Positions 9,069 to 18,806 of a DNA stretch of 64,000 nt are shown in pieces. The notes under the pieces are model-generated. The model saw nothing but the letters and a program-made list of their open reading frames with translations, searched no databases and was not told where the DNA came from. Every line of letters starts with the position of its first letter. Position 1 is the first letter of the stretch. Both the position numbers and the translations under genes were made by a program. Location: assembly GCA_964444785.1 (NCBI GenBank), contig CAYUII010000008.1, positions 44,776 through 108,775 on the forward strand, written 5' to 3'. This DNA is from an uncultured Bacteroidales bacterium (lineage in GTDB: Bacteria > Bacteroidota > Bacteroidia > Bacteroidales > TTA-H9).

Positions 9069-11099
9069 TTAGATATAATGAAGCACTTTGGGTACCGATG
9101 GTCTGAAAATCGGTAGACGAAGCATGCTTATTCCTTTAAATTCAAATAAAATACCTTTTCTTTGTTCGGGTAGCTCAGGATAAAAACCTATTCTAAATTT
9201 GATGGTCTGAAGCACCAGATTTTCGTTTCTGATTAAAAAGCCAAATCCGAAGCCACTGTTAAAGACATTCTCGCTTAAAGGGGAGATCCGACCTCCAATC
9301 CAGGCTCCATGAGCATAGGTGAACCCAGCTACTCTAAATCCATAGAAATATAATGGGGTATATACTACACTTGCGAAGTTCACAGCAAGTCGGGTATCTC
9401 CGGCGAAATAGACCGTATCAGAGACGTTAATGCCACTTACTTCTAGCCAGTTAACGGAGTTAATCTTTTCTCCGGCTAATCGATTAAGCCCTTTTGTGAA
9501 ATCGATGTTTAGAAAATGACGAATAAAGAATGGTCCTCTTCTTTGCAATGGAGAGAAGTAGCCACCTTGAACTTGTAACATGCCCTGTTCTGTAGCTCCT
9601 TCGTTCCAGTAGGTGTCACAAGTTGCAGATAGGGTGAAATAGCCTGATCTTTCAGTCATGAATCCATAACGAATACCTGCTTGAGTATATTTTCTGGAGT
9701 TAAACTCTGATTGCTCTTTTCCTGCGAGCAAACGGACACTGTACCCAATGTTAACATCCTCGGTTGACCCAAACTGATACACAAATCGATCGGTTACATA
9801 TCTGCTTTTCCAGAGATCAATGGCCATTAATAACATGTTTCTGTTTTTATAGAGCGAGTTGATCGCCGTGGTGTAGGGTCTTACTGTGTAGATGCGATTA
9901 TTAATTGCCCCGGTAAGCGCTACTTTAACGATGACATCCTGAATGTTTAGATCTACCGATCGTCCTAACCAAATCGATTGTGTGTTGTATTCCAGATCGA
10001 CACTTGATACTTCTGTCTGATAATTATTCTGGGTAATAACATAATGGCCAAATTCAACCCCTCCAATGGTGTTTTTAGTTGTGTTCGTAAAGTCACGAGC
10101 CGCTGAAAGGGTATAGGAAGATTGATAAATGTCACGATCGAGCTGTGCATCTAAGTCAATAAAAGTACCTCCTATGTTTTTTATTTGATAGTGAGCTGAC
10201 CCAAGGGTAACTGGCGTACCCTGGTCAAAATTCATTCGTGCACTGACTTCAAGATTATGGCCATATCCTAGAAAATTTCGATTGAAGATTCCAAGATCGA
10301 ACTTTGTGGGTTTGTAAATTTTGATGTCAATACCAAAAGAGAATAGATCTTTTGTAATGATCATAAGATCGGCATAGCCAACTAGGTCTTCAGTAGGCAA
10401 GACAAGAATCTCAACATCTTTAAAATAGGGTAGATCTCTGATTAATGCGGCTTGCGTTTCCAATACCTCTGGTTCAATCTTTTCCCCTTTTTTGATGAAT
10501 AGGTTTTTGCTGATCAGCTGTTCCCTTGAGACGCGATGGAGTTTATTGCCAAATGCCCCTAGTGATGATTCGGGTTGTAATGTAGGATTGCCAATTTCAG
10601 GGCCAAAAGCCTCAAGACGATAGAAGTATATATCTCTAATGATATAACCTTTATACTCTTTATACTGACTCTCTCCATATCTCGGTTTCTGATATACTCC
10701 TCCATTTTGAAGTGAATCGGTATTCCCACTTCTAATTAATAAATCAAAAAACTTACCCGTCCACTTCCCTTGTCGGTAAGCTTTGGCTCTGATCGTATCA
10801 TAGAGCGAGGTTCGTTGTTTGATTGGATCTGAGATGATACGTACCTCTTTTGTTTTTTCCCCCGTGATAAGGGAGTCTCTCATTAGGAGGATCCGTTGCC
10901 CATTAAGATCGACAACGGTGCCTTTGCATAATCTTAAAGTATCTTTCTCGAGTATATTACATGGATGTTGACTCAGTACCTCAATAGGGGAGAACAGTAA
11001 TCCTAGCAGGATAAGAGAAACCTGAAGTAGACGTCTTCTAACTTTAATGACACTGATTTGGTCGATTCTCAAGGATTGATTTTTGTTTTGATTAATCAA
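9069..11099 (-). CDS. putative Omp85/BamA-family outer-membrane beta-barrel protein (single POTRA-like module)
   Basis: A signal-like N-terminus is followed by a POTRA-like segment (YKGYIIRDIYFYRLEAFGP...LIRDLPYFKDVEILVLP) and then NRNFLGYGHNLEV with long alternating beta-strand sequence. The only available start is TTG. This is a family-level guess only. Confidence 0.5.
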   Translation of the reverse strand: MINQNKNQSLRIDQISVIKVRRRLLQVSLILLGLLFSPIEVLSQHPCNILEKDTLRLCKGTVVDLNGQRILLMRDSLITGEKTKEVRIISDPIKQRTSLYDTIRAKAYRQGKWTGKFFDLLIRSGNTDSLQNGGVYQKPRYGESQYKEYKGYIIRDIYFYRLEAFGPEIGNPTLQPESSLGAFGNKLHRVSREQLISKNLFIKKGEKIEPEVLETQAALIRDLPYFKDVEILVLPTEDLVGYADLMIITKDLFSFGIDIKIYKPTKFDLGIFNRNFLGYGHNLEVSARMNFDQGTPVTLGSAHYQIKNIGGTFIDLDAQLDRDIYQSSYTLSAARDFTNTTKNTIGGVEFGHYVITQNNYQTEVSSVDLEYNTQSIWLGRSVDLNIQDVIVKVALTGAINNRIYTVRPYTTAINSLYKNRNMLLMAIDLWKSRYVTDRFVYQFGSTEDVNIGYSVRLLAGKEQSEFNSRKYTQAGIRYGFMTERSGYFTLSATCDTYWNEGATEQGMLQVQGGYFSPLQRRGPFFIRHFLNIDFTKGLNRLAGEKINSVNWLEVSGINVSDTVYFAGDTRLAVNFASVVYTPLYFYGFRVAGFTYAHGAWIGGRISPLSENVFNSGFGFGFLIRNENLVLQTIKFRIGFYPELPEQRKGILFEFKGISMLRLPIFRPSVPKVLHYI

Positions 11100-11195
11100 T
11101 TTACTAATTCATTAATACATTAAACCATTAATCAGCGAGATTCGTTCAAATCAGCGTCATTTGTGCGAATATATTGTGGAATGGGTGGAGCCCAT

Positions 11196-12929
11196 TTACA
11201 CAAGGTTCATCTCTTTTTTGATCGCTTCAATTTGTTGTAAAGCTTTATCGGTAGAGTTTTTAACACTTCCATCGATGGGTACCTTTACTCCAAAGTAAAA
11301 TTTGATTTTTGGTTCAGTACCAGAGGGTCTGACGGTAACTTTGGTGCCTGCCTGAGTAAAGAACTGAATGACATCAGATACCGGTTGGTTTACGGTTGAG
11401 ATGGTGTTTGACACGATGTCAAGGTTCTTTTGTGATTTATAATCGATGATTCGAATGACTTTCGAGCCATTGATGGTTGTGGGCGGATTTTGTCTATATC
11501 CCGCCATCATTGCCGTAATCTCTTCGGCGCCGGTTTTTCCTGGTCGGGTAATGGAGAGCAGGCCTTCGATATAGAGTCCAAATTTCTGATAAATCTCTTC
11601 AAGGAGGTTCAGCATACTCTGTCCTCTTGAAGCGGCCCAAGCTGCGGTTTCAGCTATCATACAACAGGCCGATACGGCATCTTTATCTCTGACGAAGTCA
11701 CCGAAGAGGTAACCATAGCTCTCTTCTCCTCCGAAAAGATAGGTGTGTTCTTTTTCTCTTTCTCTGATAAGCCCTGCTATATATTTGAACCCGGTAAGAA
11801 CATCGAAGCAAGGAATTGCTGCATCTTTCGCCATATCGGCCAACAATTCTGTGGTTACAATGGTCTTAATGATATAACTGTTTTTTGGTAGTTGGCCAAT
11901 CTCTTTATATCTGTTTAGGATGTAATAGAGGAGGAGGGAGGCTGTTTGGTTTCCGTTTAGTAAGACAAATTCTCCTGATTCATTCGGAACGGCGATTCCA
12001 ACGCGGTCGGCATCTGGGTCGGTGGCCATGACAAGAGCTGCTTTTTTTTCTTTTGCCAGGTTAATCGCCATTGCAAGGGCAGCCGGTTCTTCAGGGTTAG
12101 GAGAGTGTACTGTTGGGAAGTTTCCATCAGGGATCATTTGAGCCTCGACAGGAATGATGTTTTTAAAGCCAAAGGAGGCAAGGGCTAAAGGGGTCAGTTT
12201 GGTACCTGTTCCATGGATAGCGGTATATACAATCTTCATATCGGCCTGTGCTCTTACTGCTTCAGGACTTAAGGATAGTTTGTTGATCTCAGCAAGGTAT
12301 GCTTTGTCAACCTCCTCCCCAAAATAGGTGATTAAGCTGGGGTTGGAGTTGAATTTAACCTCGTTGACTGAACTAATCTTCCTCACTTCATCAATGATTC
12401 CTTCATCGTGAGGTGGAATGACCTGAGCTCCATCTTCCCAATAAACCTTATAACCATTATACTCTTTAGGATTATGAGAGGCGGTAATCATGATACCACT
12501 TTCACAGCCTAGGTGACGTATAGCAAATGAAAGTTCAGGAGTAGGCCTTAATGCGTCTGATAAGAATACTCTGATGTTGTTTCCTGTTAGAACAGAGGCT
12601 ACAGTATCTGCAAAAACAGTATTATTATTGCGTGAGTCATAACTAATAGCTACACTAATCTGAGGACGGTCGCTAAAATTCTTTTTTAAGTAGTTTGCAA
12701 GCCCTTGAGTAGCCATTCCGACGGTATATCTATTCATTCGGTTTGTGCCAGGACCCATGATTCCACGAAGGCCGCCGGTACCAAACTCAAGGTCACGATA
12801 GAAAGCATCGGTAACGGCTGTTGGATTGTTTTGAATTAGATTGGCTACTTCATTTCGGGTCTCTTGATCGAAGGGCTCTTGGGTCCACTCTTTTGCTTTG
12901 ATCAAGATCTCTTCAGTAATTATATTCAT
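11196..12929 (-). CDS. phosphoglucomutase/phosphomannomutase-family phospho-sugar mutase
   Basis: It has the active-site phosphoserine loop TASHNPKEYNGYKVY, the metal loop DPDADR and the sugar loop GGEESYG. Confidence 0.85.
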   Translation of the reverse strand: MNIITEEILIKAKEWTQEPFDQETRNEVANLIQNNPTAVTDAFYRDLEFGTGGLRGIMGPGTNRMNRYTVGMATQGLANYLKKNFSDRPQISVAISYDSRNNNTVFADTVASVLTGNNIRVFLSDALRPTPELSFAIRHLGCESGIMITASHNPKEYNGYKVYWEDGAQVIPPHDEGIIDEVRKISSVNEVKFNSNPSLITYFGEEVDKAYLAEINKLSLSPEAVRAQADMKIVYTAIHGTGTKLTPLALASFGFKNIIPVEAQMIPDGNFPTVHSPNPEEPAALAMAINLAKEKKAALVMATDPDADRVGIAVPNESGEFVLLNGNQTASLLLYYILNRYKEIGQLPKNSYIIKTIVTTELLADMAKDAAIPCFDVLTGFKYIAGLIREREKEHTYLFGGEESYGYLFGDFVRDKDAVSACCMIAETAAWAASRGQSMLNLLEEIYQKFGLYIEGLLSITRPGKTGAEEITAMMAGYRQNPPTTINGSKVIRIIDYKSQKNLDIVSNTISTVNQPVSDVIQFFTQAGTKVTVRPSGTEPKIKFYFGVKVPIDGSVKNSTDKALQQIEAIKKEMNLV

Positions 12930-13040
12930 GTGATAATAATTTGTTTTTATCTGACCTATGAAATAGGCCTGGACTATTACTTCCTCTTAACCGGTGAGAA
13001 ATAGCAGCAGGCCATTTCATGTTCATCGCTATATTGTTTA

Positions 13041-13919
13041 CTAAGGAAGCGGAGTTTTTTCTTGTATATCGAGCAGTTCAATACATTTAATTAAACTTGA
13101 TCTCCAGTGAGGTATTTCAAGTTGAAGTTCCTCAGATATCTTTTCTTTATTAAAGACGCTAAAGCAGGGTCGAGGAGCTGGCAGGGGGTATTTATCGGTG
13201 GTTATTGGGACAACTTTACAATCAATCATCGATAGTTCAATGATGGCTTGAGCAAAGTCATACCATGAACAGACACCTTGGTTTGAGAAGTGATAGACTC
13301 CAGGAGTAATATTTTTTTTAACAGCCTGGATTATCGCTTCGGCTAAGTCGGCCGCCCAGGTTGGAGAGCCGACTTGATCAAACACTACCCTGAGCATTCC
13401 CCTTTCTGCTCCATATTTCCGCATTGTCTTTACAAAGTTATGACCAAACTGTGAATAAAGCCATGCGGTTCTAATAATTACGGTGTTAGGGTTTTCTTCT
13501 AAGGCCAACGACTCACCGCCGAGTTTTGATCTGCCATAGTATGAGGCAGGTTGAACAGGATCGGTTTCTCGATAAGGGAGCCAAGCATGGCCATTAAAGA
13601 CATAGTCGGTGCTTATATGAATGAACCTTGCATTAAATTTTGCAGAAACTTTGGCTAGGTTTTTTGGTCCAACTGCATTAATTTGCCATGCTTTTTCTTG
13701 TTCCTCTTCTGCTTTATCAACCGAGGTATAAGCTGCACAATTGACAACCCAATCAATTTTGTGGGATTCAAAGAAGGCCTCTAAGGCGTTGTAATCAGTG
13801 ATATTAAGATCTAAATCTTTGAATAGAAAGACCAGATCAAGATTATCTTTGGCCAACAATTGCAGCTCGTTACCTAGCTGGCCATTGCTCCCTGTGACTA
13901 AAATTGATTGTTTTGTCAT
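13041..13919 (-). CDS. rfbD: dTDP-4-dehydrorhamnose reductase-like SDR (RmlD family)
   Basis: It has the Rossmann motif [11 protein letters not shown], the catalytic YGRSK (YxxxK) and RmlD-like length. There is a 4-nt ATGA overlap with the upstream gene. Confidence 0.75.
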   Translation of the reverse strand: MTKQSILVTGSNGQLGNELQLLAKDNLDLVFLFKDLDLNITDYNALEAFFESHKIDWVVNCAAYTSVDKAEEEQEKAWQINAVGPKNLAKVSAKFNARFIHISTDYVFNGHAWLPYRETDPVQPASYYGRSKLGGESLALEENPNTVIIRTAWLYSQFGHNFVKTMRKYGAERGMLRVVFDQVGSPTWAADLAEAIIQAVKKNITPGVYHFSNQGVCSWYDFAQAIIELSMIDCKVVPITTDKYPLPAPRPCFSVFNKEKISEELQLEIPHWRSSLIKCIELLDIQEKTPLP

Positions 13920-14854
13920 TTTACGATGGTCTTGAAATAGTTGATGGTTTTAACCAAGCCTTCTTCGAGGGGGATGTGTGGTTCCCAGTCTAGTTTTTGT
14001 TTAGCCAGAGAGATATCGGGTTTTCGTTGGAGGGGATCATCAGCGGGTAGAGGCATATGGATAATTTTAGAGGAAGATCCTGTAAGCTTAAGTACTTTTT
14101 CTGCCAGTTCAAGCATGGTAAATTCGCCGGGGTTTCCAATATTAACCGGGCCGATGAAATCGTCTCCTGTGGCCATTAGTCGAATAGCTCCTTCAACCAA
14201 GTCATCAACATATTGAAAGCTTCGGGTCTGTGTTCCATCGCCATAGATTGTGATGTCTTTGCCTTGAAGAGCTTGGACAATAAAGTTAGAGACCACCCGC
14301 CCATCATTAGGATGCATACGAGGACCATAGGTATTAAAGATGCGCATGATCTTTACTCTAACATTGTTTTGTTGGTGGTAACTAACAAAAAGAGTTTCTG
14401 CACATCGTTTTCCTTCATCGTAACAGGCACGTGGCCCAATGGGGTTGACATTACCCCAATAGGATTCCGGTTGTGGATGAATTTTTGGATCCCCATATAC
14501 TTCACTGGTACTAGCTTGAAGAATCTTAGCTTTAATACGTTTGGCAAGGCCTAACATATTTACGGCTCCCATTACAGAAGTCTTAATGGTTTTGATAGAG
14601 TTGTATTGATAATGAATCGGACTGGCAGGGCATGCCATGTTGTAAATTTCATCAACTTCGATGAAAAAGGGCATAGTAACGTCATGTCTGATTAACTCAA
14701 AGTAGGGATTTTTTAGAAGGTGAACGATGTTCTCTTTTTGGCCAGTAAAATAATTATCTAGGCAGACTACTTCGTTTCCTTCATTGAGAAGCCGCTCACA
14801 CAGGTGAGAACCAATGAACCCGGCACCACCGGTAACTAAGATCTTTTTCTTCAT
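13916..14854 (-). CDS. UDP-glucuronate decarboxylase (UDP-xylose synthase)
   Basis: [25 protein letters not shown] and YDEGKR (YxxxK) are present, with overall UXS-like sequence. Confidence 0.85.
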   Translation of the reverse strand: MKKKILVTGGAGFIGSHLCERLLNEGNEVVCLDNYFTGQKENIVHLLKNPYFELIRHDVTMPFFIEVDEIYNMACPASPIHYQYNSIKTIKTSVMGAVNMLGLAKRIKAKILQASTSEVYGDPKIHPQPESYWGNVNPIGPRACYDEGKRCAETLFVSYHQQNNVRVKIMRIFNTYGPRMHPNDGRVVSNFIVQALQGKDITIYGDGTQTRSFQYVDDLVEGAIRLMATGDDFIGPVNIGNPGEFTMLELAEKVLKLTGSSSKIIHMPLPADDPLQRKPDISLAKQKLDWEPHIPLEEGLVKTINYFKTIVK

Positions 14855-14918
14855 TTTATTTTTGTTTAATGATTTGACCCGTTAGATGGCCGGGTTATAC
14901 CTGTTCATAGTGCAAGCA

Positions 14919-14949
14919 CTGCCGGACCACCCTAAAGGTGAGCCGGCAG
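14919..14949 (-). terminator. GC-rich hairpin downstream of ugd (no U-tract)
   Basis: CTGCCGG / CCGGCAG is the outer stem and CACC / GGTG the inner stem. Confidence 0.35.
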
Positions 14950-14977
14950 GACTAACATGGATTACAACATAGTAAGA

Positions 14978-16303
14978 CTATTTCTGGGTATCTACGCCAA
15001 TACAATAATAATTGATATCCAGTTGTTTCATCTCTGCGATGTCATAAATATTTCGTCCGTCAAAAATAACCGGCTTATGCATAAGCTTTTTGACAACGTT
15101 AAAGTTAGGGAATTTAAACTCTGACCATTCAGTCACGACCATTAAGCCGTCTGCATCGATGAGTGCTTCATATTGATCCATAGCATAGGTGATGGATTCA
15201 CCAAGGATGCGTTTTGCTTCATGCATAGCGACGGGGTCATAAGCTTTAACCGTTACTCCGGCTTCGAGTAGGTTGTTGACGATAACTACTGAAGGAGCCT
15301 CGCGCATATCGTCGGTTTGCGGTTTAAAGGATAGCCCCCAAAGAGCGATGGTTTTTCCTTTAAGATCACCAAAATGCTTTAAAGCCTTGTTAAAGAGAAC
15401 CGATTTCTGATCTTCGTTGACCTCTTCCACCGCTTTTAAAACACGCATAGAGTACCCATATTCATCGGCAGTTTTAATTAAAGCCTTGACATCTTTTGGG
15501 AAGCAACTCCCACCGTAGCCAATACCGGGATAGATGAATTTTGTTCCAATACGTGAGTCTGTTCCAATCCCTCTTCTCACTTTATTAACATCTGCTCCAA
15601 CTCTTTCGCAAAGGTTAGCAACATCATTCATAAAGCTAATCTTAGTGGCAAGCATCGAGTTTGCAGCGTACTTTGTCATCTCGGCTGAAGGGATATCCAT
15701 GAATATCACGGGATGTCCATTGAGTGTAAAGGGCTTGTATAGGCGAGAGAAGAGCTCTTGGGCTCTCTCGGTGTCTACTCCACAAACAATACGGTCGGGC
15801 TTGAGGAAATCGTTTAATGCGTCTCCTTCCTTTAAGAACTCGGGGTTTGAAGCTACATCGAATGGAACTTTTGCTCCTCTCTTATCTAACTCCTCTTGAA
15901 CGGCTTTTCTTACCTTTTCTGCAGTACCTACAGGCACAGTGCTCTTTGTAACGATCAGAACATAATCGTTTATGCAGCTTCCTACTGTACGAGCAACGTC
16001 AAGAACATATTTTAGATCTGCACTGCCATCCTCATCAGGAGGGGTACCTACTGCTGAAAAGATAACCTCTGTTCCCTCTTCAATGGTCGCTTTTAAGTCG
16101 GTCGAAAAATGTAATCGACCCTTTTCAACATTTCTAACTACCATCGTTTCCAATCCTGGCTCGTAAATTGGAATGATGCCTTTCTTTAAGTTTTCTATCT
16201 TTTTTACATCGATATCGACACAAGTAACTTCAATGCCCACTTCTGCGAAGCATGTCCCAGTTACTAGTCCTACATAACCTGTACCAACGATCGTAATTTT
16301 CAT
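14978..16303 (-). CDS. ugd: UDP-glucose 6-dehydrogenase
   Basis: [16 protein letters not shown] is a Rossmann start and [11 protein letters not shown] is the catalytic Cys motif. The track start at 16372 adds 23 unlikely residues. A TATATTTG -7 box at 16346-16353 supports ATG 16303. Confidence 0.9.
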   Translation of the reverse strand: MKITIVGTGYVGLVTGTCFAEVGIEVTCVDIDVKKIENLKKGIIPIYEPGLETMVVRNVEKGRLHFSTDLKATIEEGTEVIFSAVGTPPDEDGSADLKYVLDVARTVGSCINDYVLIVTKSTVPVGTAEKVRKAVQEELDKRGAKVPFDVASNPEFLKEGDALNDFLKPDRIVCGVDTERAQELFSRLYKPFTLNGHPVIFMDIPSAEMTKYAANSMLATKISFMNDVANLCERVGADVNKVRRGIGTDSRIGTKFIYPGIGYGGSCFPKDVKALIKTADEYGYSMRVLKAVEEVNEDQKSVLFNKALKHFGDLKGKTIALWGLSFKPQTDDMREAPSVVIVNNLLEAGVTVKAYDPVAMHEAKRILGESITYAMDQYEALIDADGLMVVTEWSEFKFPNFNVVKKLMHKPVIFDGRNIYDIAEMKQLDINYYCIGVDTQK

Positions 16304-16345
16304 GTTCTTGATGTTTGAGGTTTTTAGATGGTTGTGTTTCCTAAA

Positions 16346-16353
16346 CAAATATA
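16346..16353 (-). promoter_or_regulatory. candidate -7 promoter box for ugd
   Basis: The minus strand reads TATATTTG (TAnnTTTG), about 42 nt upstream of ATG 16303. Confidence 0.4.
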
Positions 16354-16480
16354 TAAAACCAGATATAGCCAAACAATCTATTTACCTTAATATTTTGGTT
16401 CATCACCCCATTTTTTTTAATAATCTTACGTAATTCATTATATGCCTCCCTTAAGCGTACTTTTTATTCTATGTTGATTT

Positions 16481-16520
16481 TTTTATAGCTAAGGTTTTTC
16501 GTTTTATAGCTAAGGTTTTT
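16481..16520. repeat. two identical 19-bp direct repeats (TTTTATAGCTAAGGTTTTT) with a 21-bp period
   Basis: The copies lie at 16481-16499 and 16502-16520, immediately 5' of the 16524-16614 hairpin in the ugd / acyl-CoA synthetase divergent intergenic region. Confidence 0.85.
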
Positions 16521-16523
16521 TTT

Positions 16524-16614
16524 ACCTCTTCGCTTCCCCTTCGCTTCCTCTCCCTATTTGCCCGTTTAAACAGCGAGCAGAAGCGAAGAAGAAGCGAAGG
16601 GGAAGCGGGGAGGT
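16524..16614 (+). repeat. inverted-repeat element copy 1 (24-bp stem, 43-nt interior) built from 11-bp-phased CTTCGCT / AGCGAAG units
   Basis: ACCTCTTCGCTTCCCCTTCGCTTC (16524-16547) pairs with GAAGCGAAGGGGAAGCGGGGAGGT (16591-16614) as 22 Watson-Crick plus 2 T:G pairs. CTTCGCT lies at 16528 and 16539. AGCGAAG lies at 16582 and 16593, with AGCGGGG at 16604. Confidence 0.85.
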
Positions 16615-16837
16615 GATTGAAATGGCCAATGAAAGAGGCTATTAGAATGACTTTGATAGGTGAAAGGCAAATAATTACGATGAGATCTCAATCGATTAGA
16701 GATTTTTTTTTAATTTGCGCCGCTCATTTTGTGACATTTAACCAAGTGGTTAATATACCTTTATAGAGATCAACTTGATTTGTCTGCTCGACACTGATAT
16801 ATAAGCACGTAAAGAATAAATAACATAAAAGAAGCTG

Positions 16838-18733
16838 ATGGAGGTAACACGGACCTTCGATTTGTTGGAGCGTTATAGCCGACAATTCGTAAAACCAGAT
16901 GTATTGGCGGGGAAGAAGGATGGCGAATGGATTAGATATAGCTCTAATGACTATCAGGATTATGCCATGAATTTCGCTTGTGGGTTGGTAGTCATGGGTT
17001 ATAGTAAGGGCGATAAGATTGTGACTGTTTCGACTAACCGACCGGAGTGGAATTTTGTTGACATGGGGATGGCTATGGTAGGTGTTATCCATGTTCCAGT
17101 TTATCCAACGATAGGGCCGGAGGAGTATCGGTATATTTTAAATCATTGCGATGCTAAGACAATTTTGATTTCAGATCGATTACTTCTGAATAAGATTAAG
17201 CCAGTATTGGATGATGTTCCAGCTATTACTAAGGTATATACTTTTAATCAGTTAGATGATGAGTTAAACTGGATTGAGATTATAGAGCTTGGAAAGTCGA
17301 AACGAATGGAGTTGCAGGGGGAGGTGAATAAAATTGCCGCCGCGATCAGCCCGAATGATACGGTTACCCTTATCTATACATCAGGAACTACCGGAACACC
17401 AAAAGGGGTTATGTTAACTCATGAGAATTTGGTTTCCAACTTTGTAGCTACTTCAAAGGTTCAACCGTTGAATCATACGCATAGGGTTCTGAGTTTTTTA
17501 CCTTTATGTCATGTATATGAGAGGATGATGAATTATCATTTTCAATATCTTGGCATTAGCATTTACTATGCTGAGAACATGGGGACTATACCTCAAAATT
17601 TAAAAGAGATAAAGGCGGATGGGTTTAATTCGGTTCCTCGATTACTTGAGAAGATATTTGACAAACTGGTAACCACTGGTAAGGATCTTTCAGGCATAAA
17701 GAAGACGATCTTTTTCTGGGCGATGAATCTGGCATTGAATTATAAGTTATCGGGTAGAAGTTGGTGGTATGATTTGCAACATCGGCTGGCTGATAAGCTC
17801 ATCTATTCCAAATGGAGGGATGCTTTAGGTGGTGAGGTGAAGATCATTGTTTCTGGAGGAAGTGCGTTACAGCCTCGCTTAGCGCGATTGTTTTGGGCTG
17901 CCGGAATGAAGGTGATGGAGGGCTATGGGTTGACAGAGACGGCTCCTGTTATTGCTGTCAGTCATGCGGAATATCCTAATTTGAAATTTGGGACTGTTGG
18001 TCCTATTTTGGAGGGGGTACAGGTTACTTTTGATGACGATGGTGAGATCCTTGTGAAGGGGCCTAATGTAATGAAGGGTTATTATAAAGATCCTGAATCT
18101 ACCGCTTTGGTCATTGATGAGCAAGGGTGGTTCCATACGGGTGATGTCGGGGTTCTTGAGGATGGTAAGTTCCTTAGAATCACCGATAGGAAGAAAGAGA
18201 TGTTTAAGCTTTCTGCAGGAAAGTATATTGCCCCACAAGGCATTGAGAATCGATTTAAAGAGTCAATTTTTATAGAGCAGATCATGGTAATTGGCGAAAA
18301 TGAAAAGTTCGCCTCGGCACTAATCTCTCCGAACTTTAACCAACTACATTTTTGGGCTTCTAAGCATAAGATTCATTTTAGAGATAACGAAGAGCTTGTT
18401 AATCATCCCGATGTCATGAAGCGTTATTCCCTCGAGGTGGAAAAGGTGAATAAAAGCCTTGGCGCTCATGAGAACATTAAGCGTTTTAGGTTAGTTTGTG
18501 AGGAGTGGTCTCCTCAGACCGGTGAACTCAGTCCAACCCTTAAGCTTAAAAGAAGTGTAATCATGCGGAAATACGCCGATATCGTTGAGGAGATCTATGG
18601 TCGTGGAAAGGGTAATGATAACCGATCGGCTGGTAAAGGGTTTATGAATATTAATCTCAACCTCAACCTTAAAAAGATCAAGGAGAATATTGAGCATCTG
18701 GTTGATAATAAACCTCGAAGAGATGAAAAATAA
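16838..18733 (+). CDS. long-chain fatty acid-CoA ligase (AMP-forming)
   Basis: It has the AMP-binding signature IYTSGTTGTPKGVMLTHENL, then GYGLTET and the late GWFHTGDVG...ITDRKKEMFKLSAGKYIAP. Confidence 0.85.
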   Translation: MEVTRTFDLLERYSRQFVKPDVLAGKKDGEWIRYSSNDYQDYAMNFACGLVVMGYSKGDKIVTVSTNRPEWNFVDMGMAMVGVIHVPVYPTIGPEEYRYILNHCDAKTILISDRLLLNKIKPVLDDVPAITKVYTFNQLDDELNWIEIIELGKSKRMELQGEVNKIAAAISPNDTVTLIYTSGTTGTPKGVMLTHENLVSNFVATSKVQPLNHTHRVLSFLPLCHVYERMMNYHFQYLGISIYYAENMGTIPQNLKEIKADGFNSVPRLLEKIFDKLVTTGKDLSGIKKTIFFWAMNLALNYKLSGRSWWYDLQHRLADKLIYSKWRDALGGEVKIIVSGGSALQPRLARLFWAAGMKVMEGYGLTETAPVIAVSHAEYPNLKFGTVGPILEGVQVTFDDDGEILVKGPNVMKGYYKDPESTALVIDEQGWFHTGDVGVLEDGKFLRITDRKKEMFKLSAGKYIAPQGIENRFKESIFIEQIMVIGENEKFASALISPNFNQLHFWASKHKIHFRDNEELVNHPDVMKRYSLEVEKVNKSLGAHENIKRFRLVCEEWSPQTGELSPTLKLKRSVIMRKYADIVEEIYGRGKGNDNRSAGKGFMNINLNLNLKKIKENIEHLVDNKPRRDEK

Positions 18734-18736
18734 GAA

Positions 18737-18780
18737 AGCGCTGATTACTCAACTCTAAGAGTAATCAGCGCTTCTTTTAT
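18737..18780. terminator. bidirectional terminator between the acyl-CoA synthetase and tlpA-like genes
   Basis: A perfect 14-bp stem AGCGCTGATTACTC / GAGTAATCAGCGCT has an 8-nt loop and T/A-rich flanks on both sides. Confidence 0.8.
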
Positions 18781-18806
18781 TGCTATTTATAATCGTTGCC
18801 TTCCAA

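Noticed and set aside
16524-16614. Whether the AGCGAAG/CTTCGCT arrays could be a CRISPR array or an integron attC site
   Set aside because: The repeat unit is 7-11 bp with no unique spacers of CRISPR size, and no cas or intI genes are present. The arms are inverted tandem arrays, not 24-48-bp direct repeats. There is no GTTRRRY attC core.
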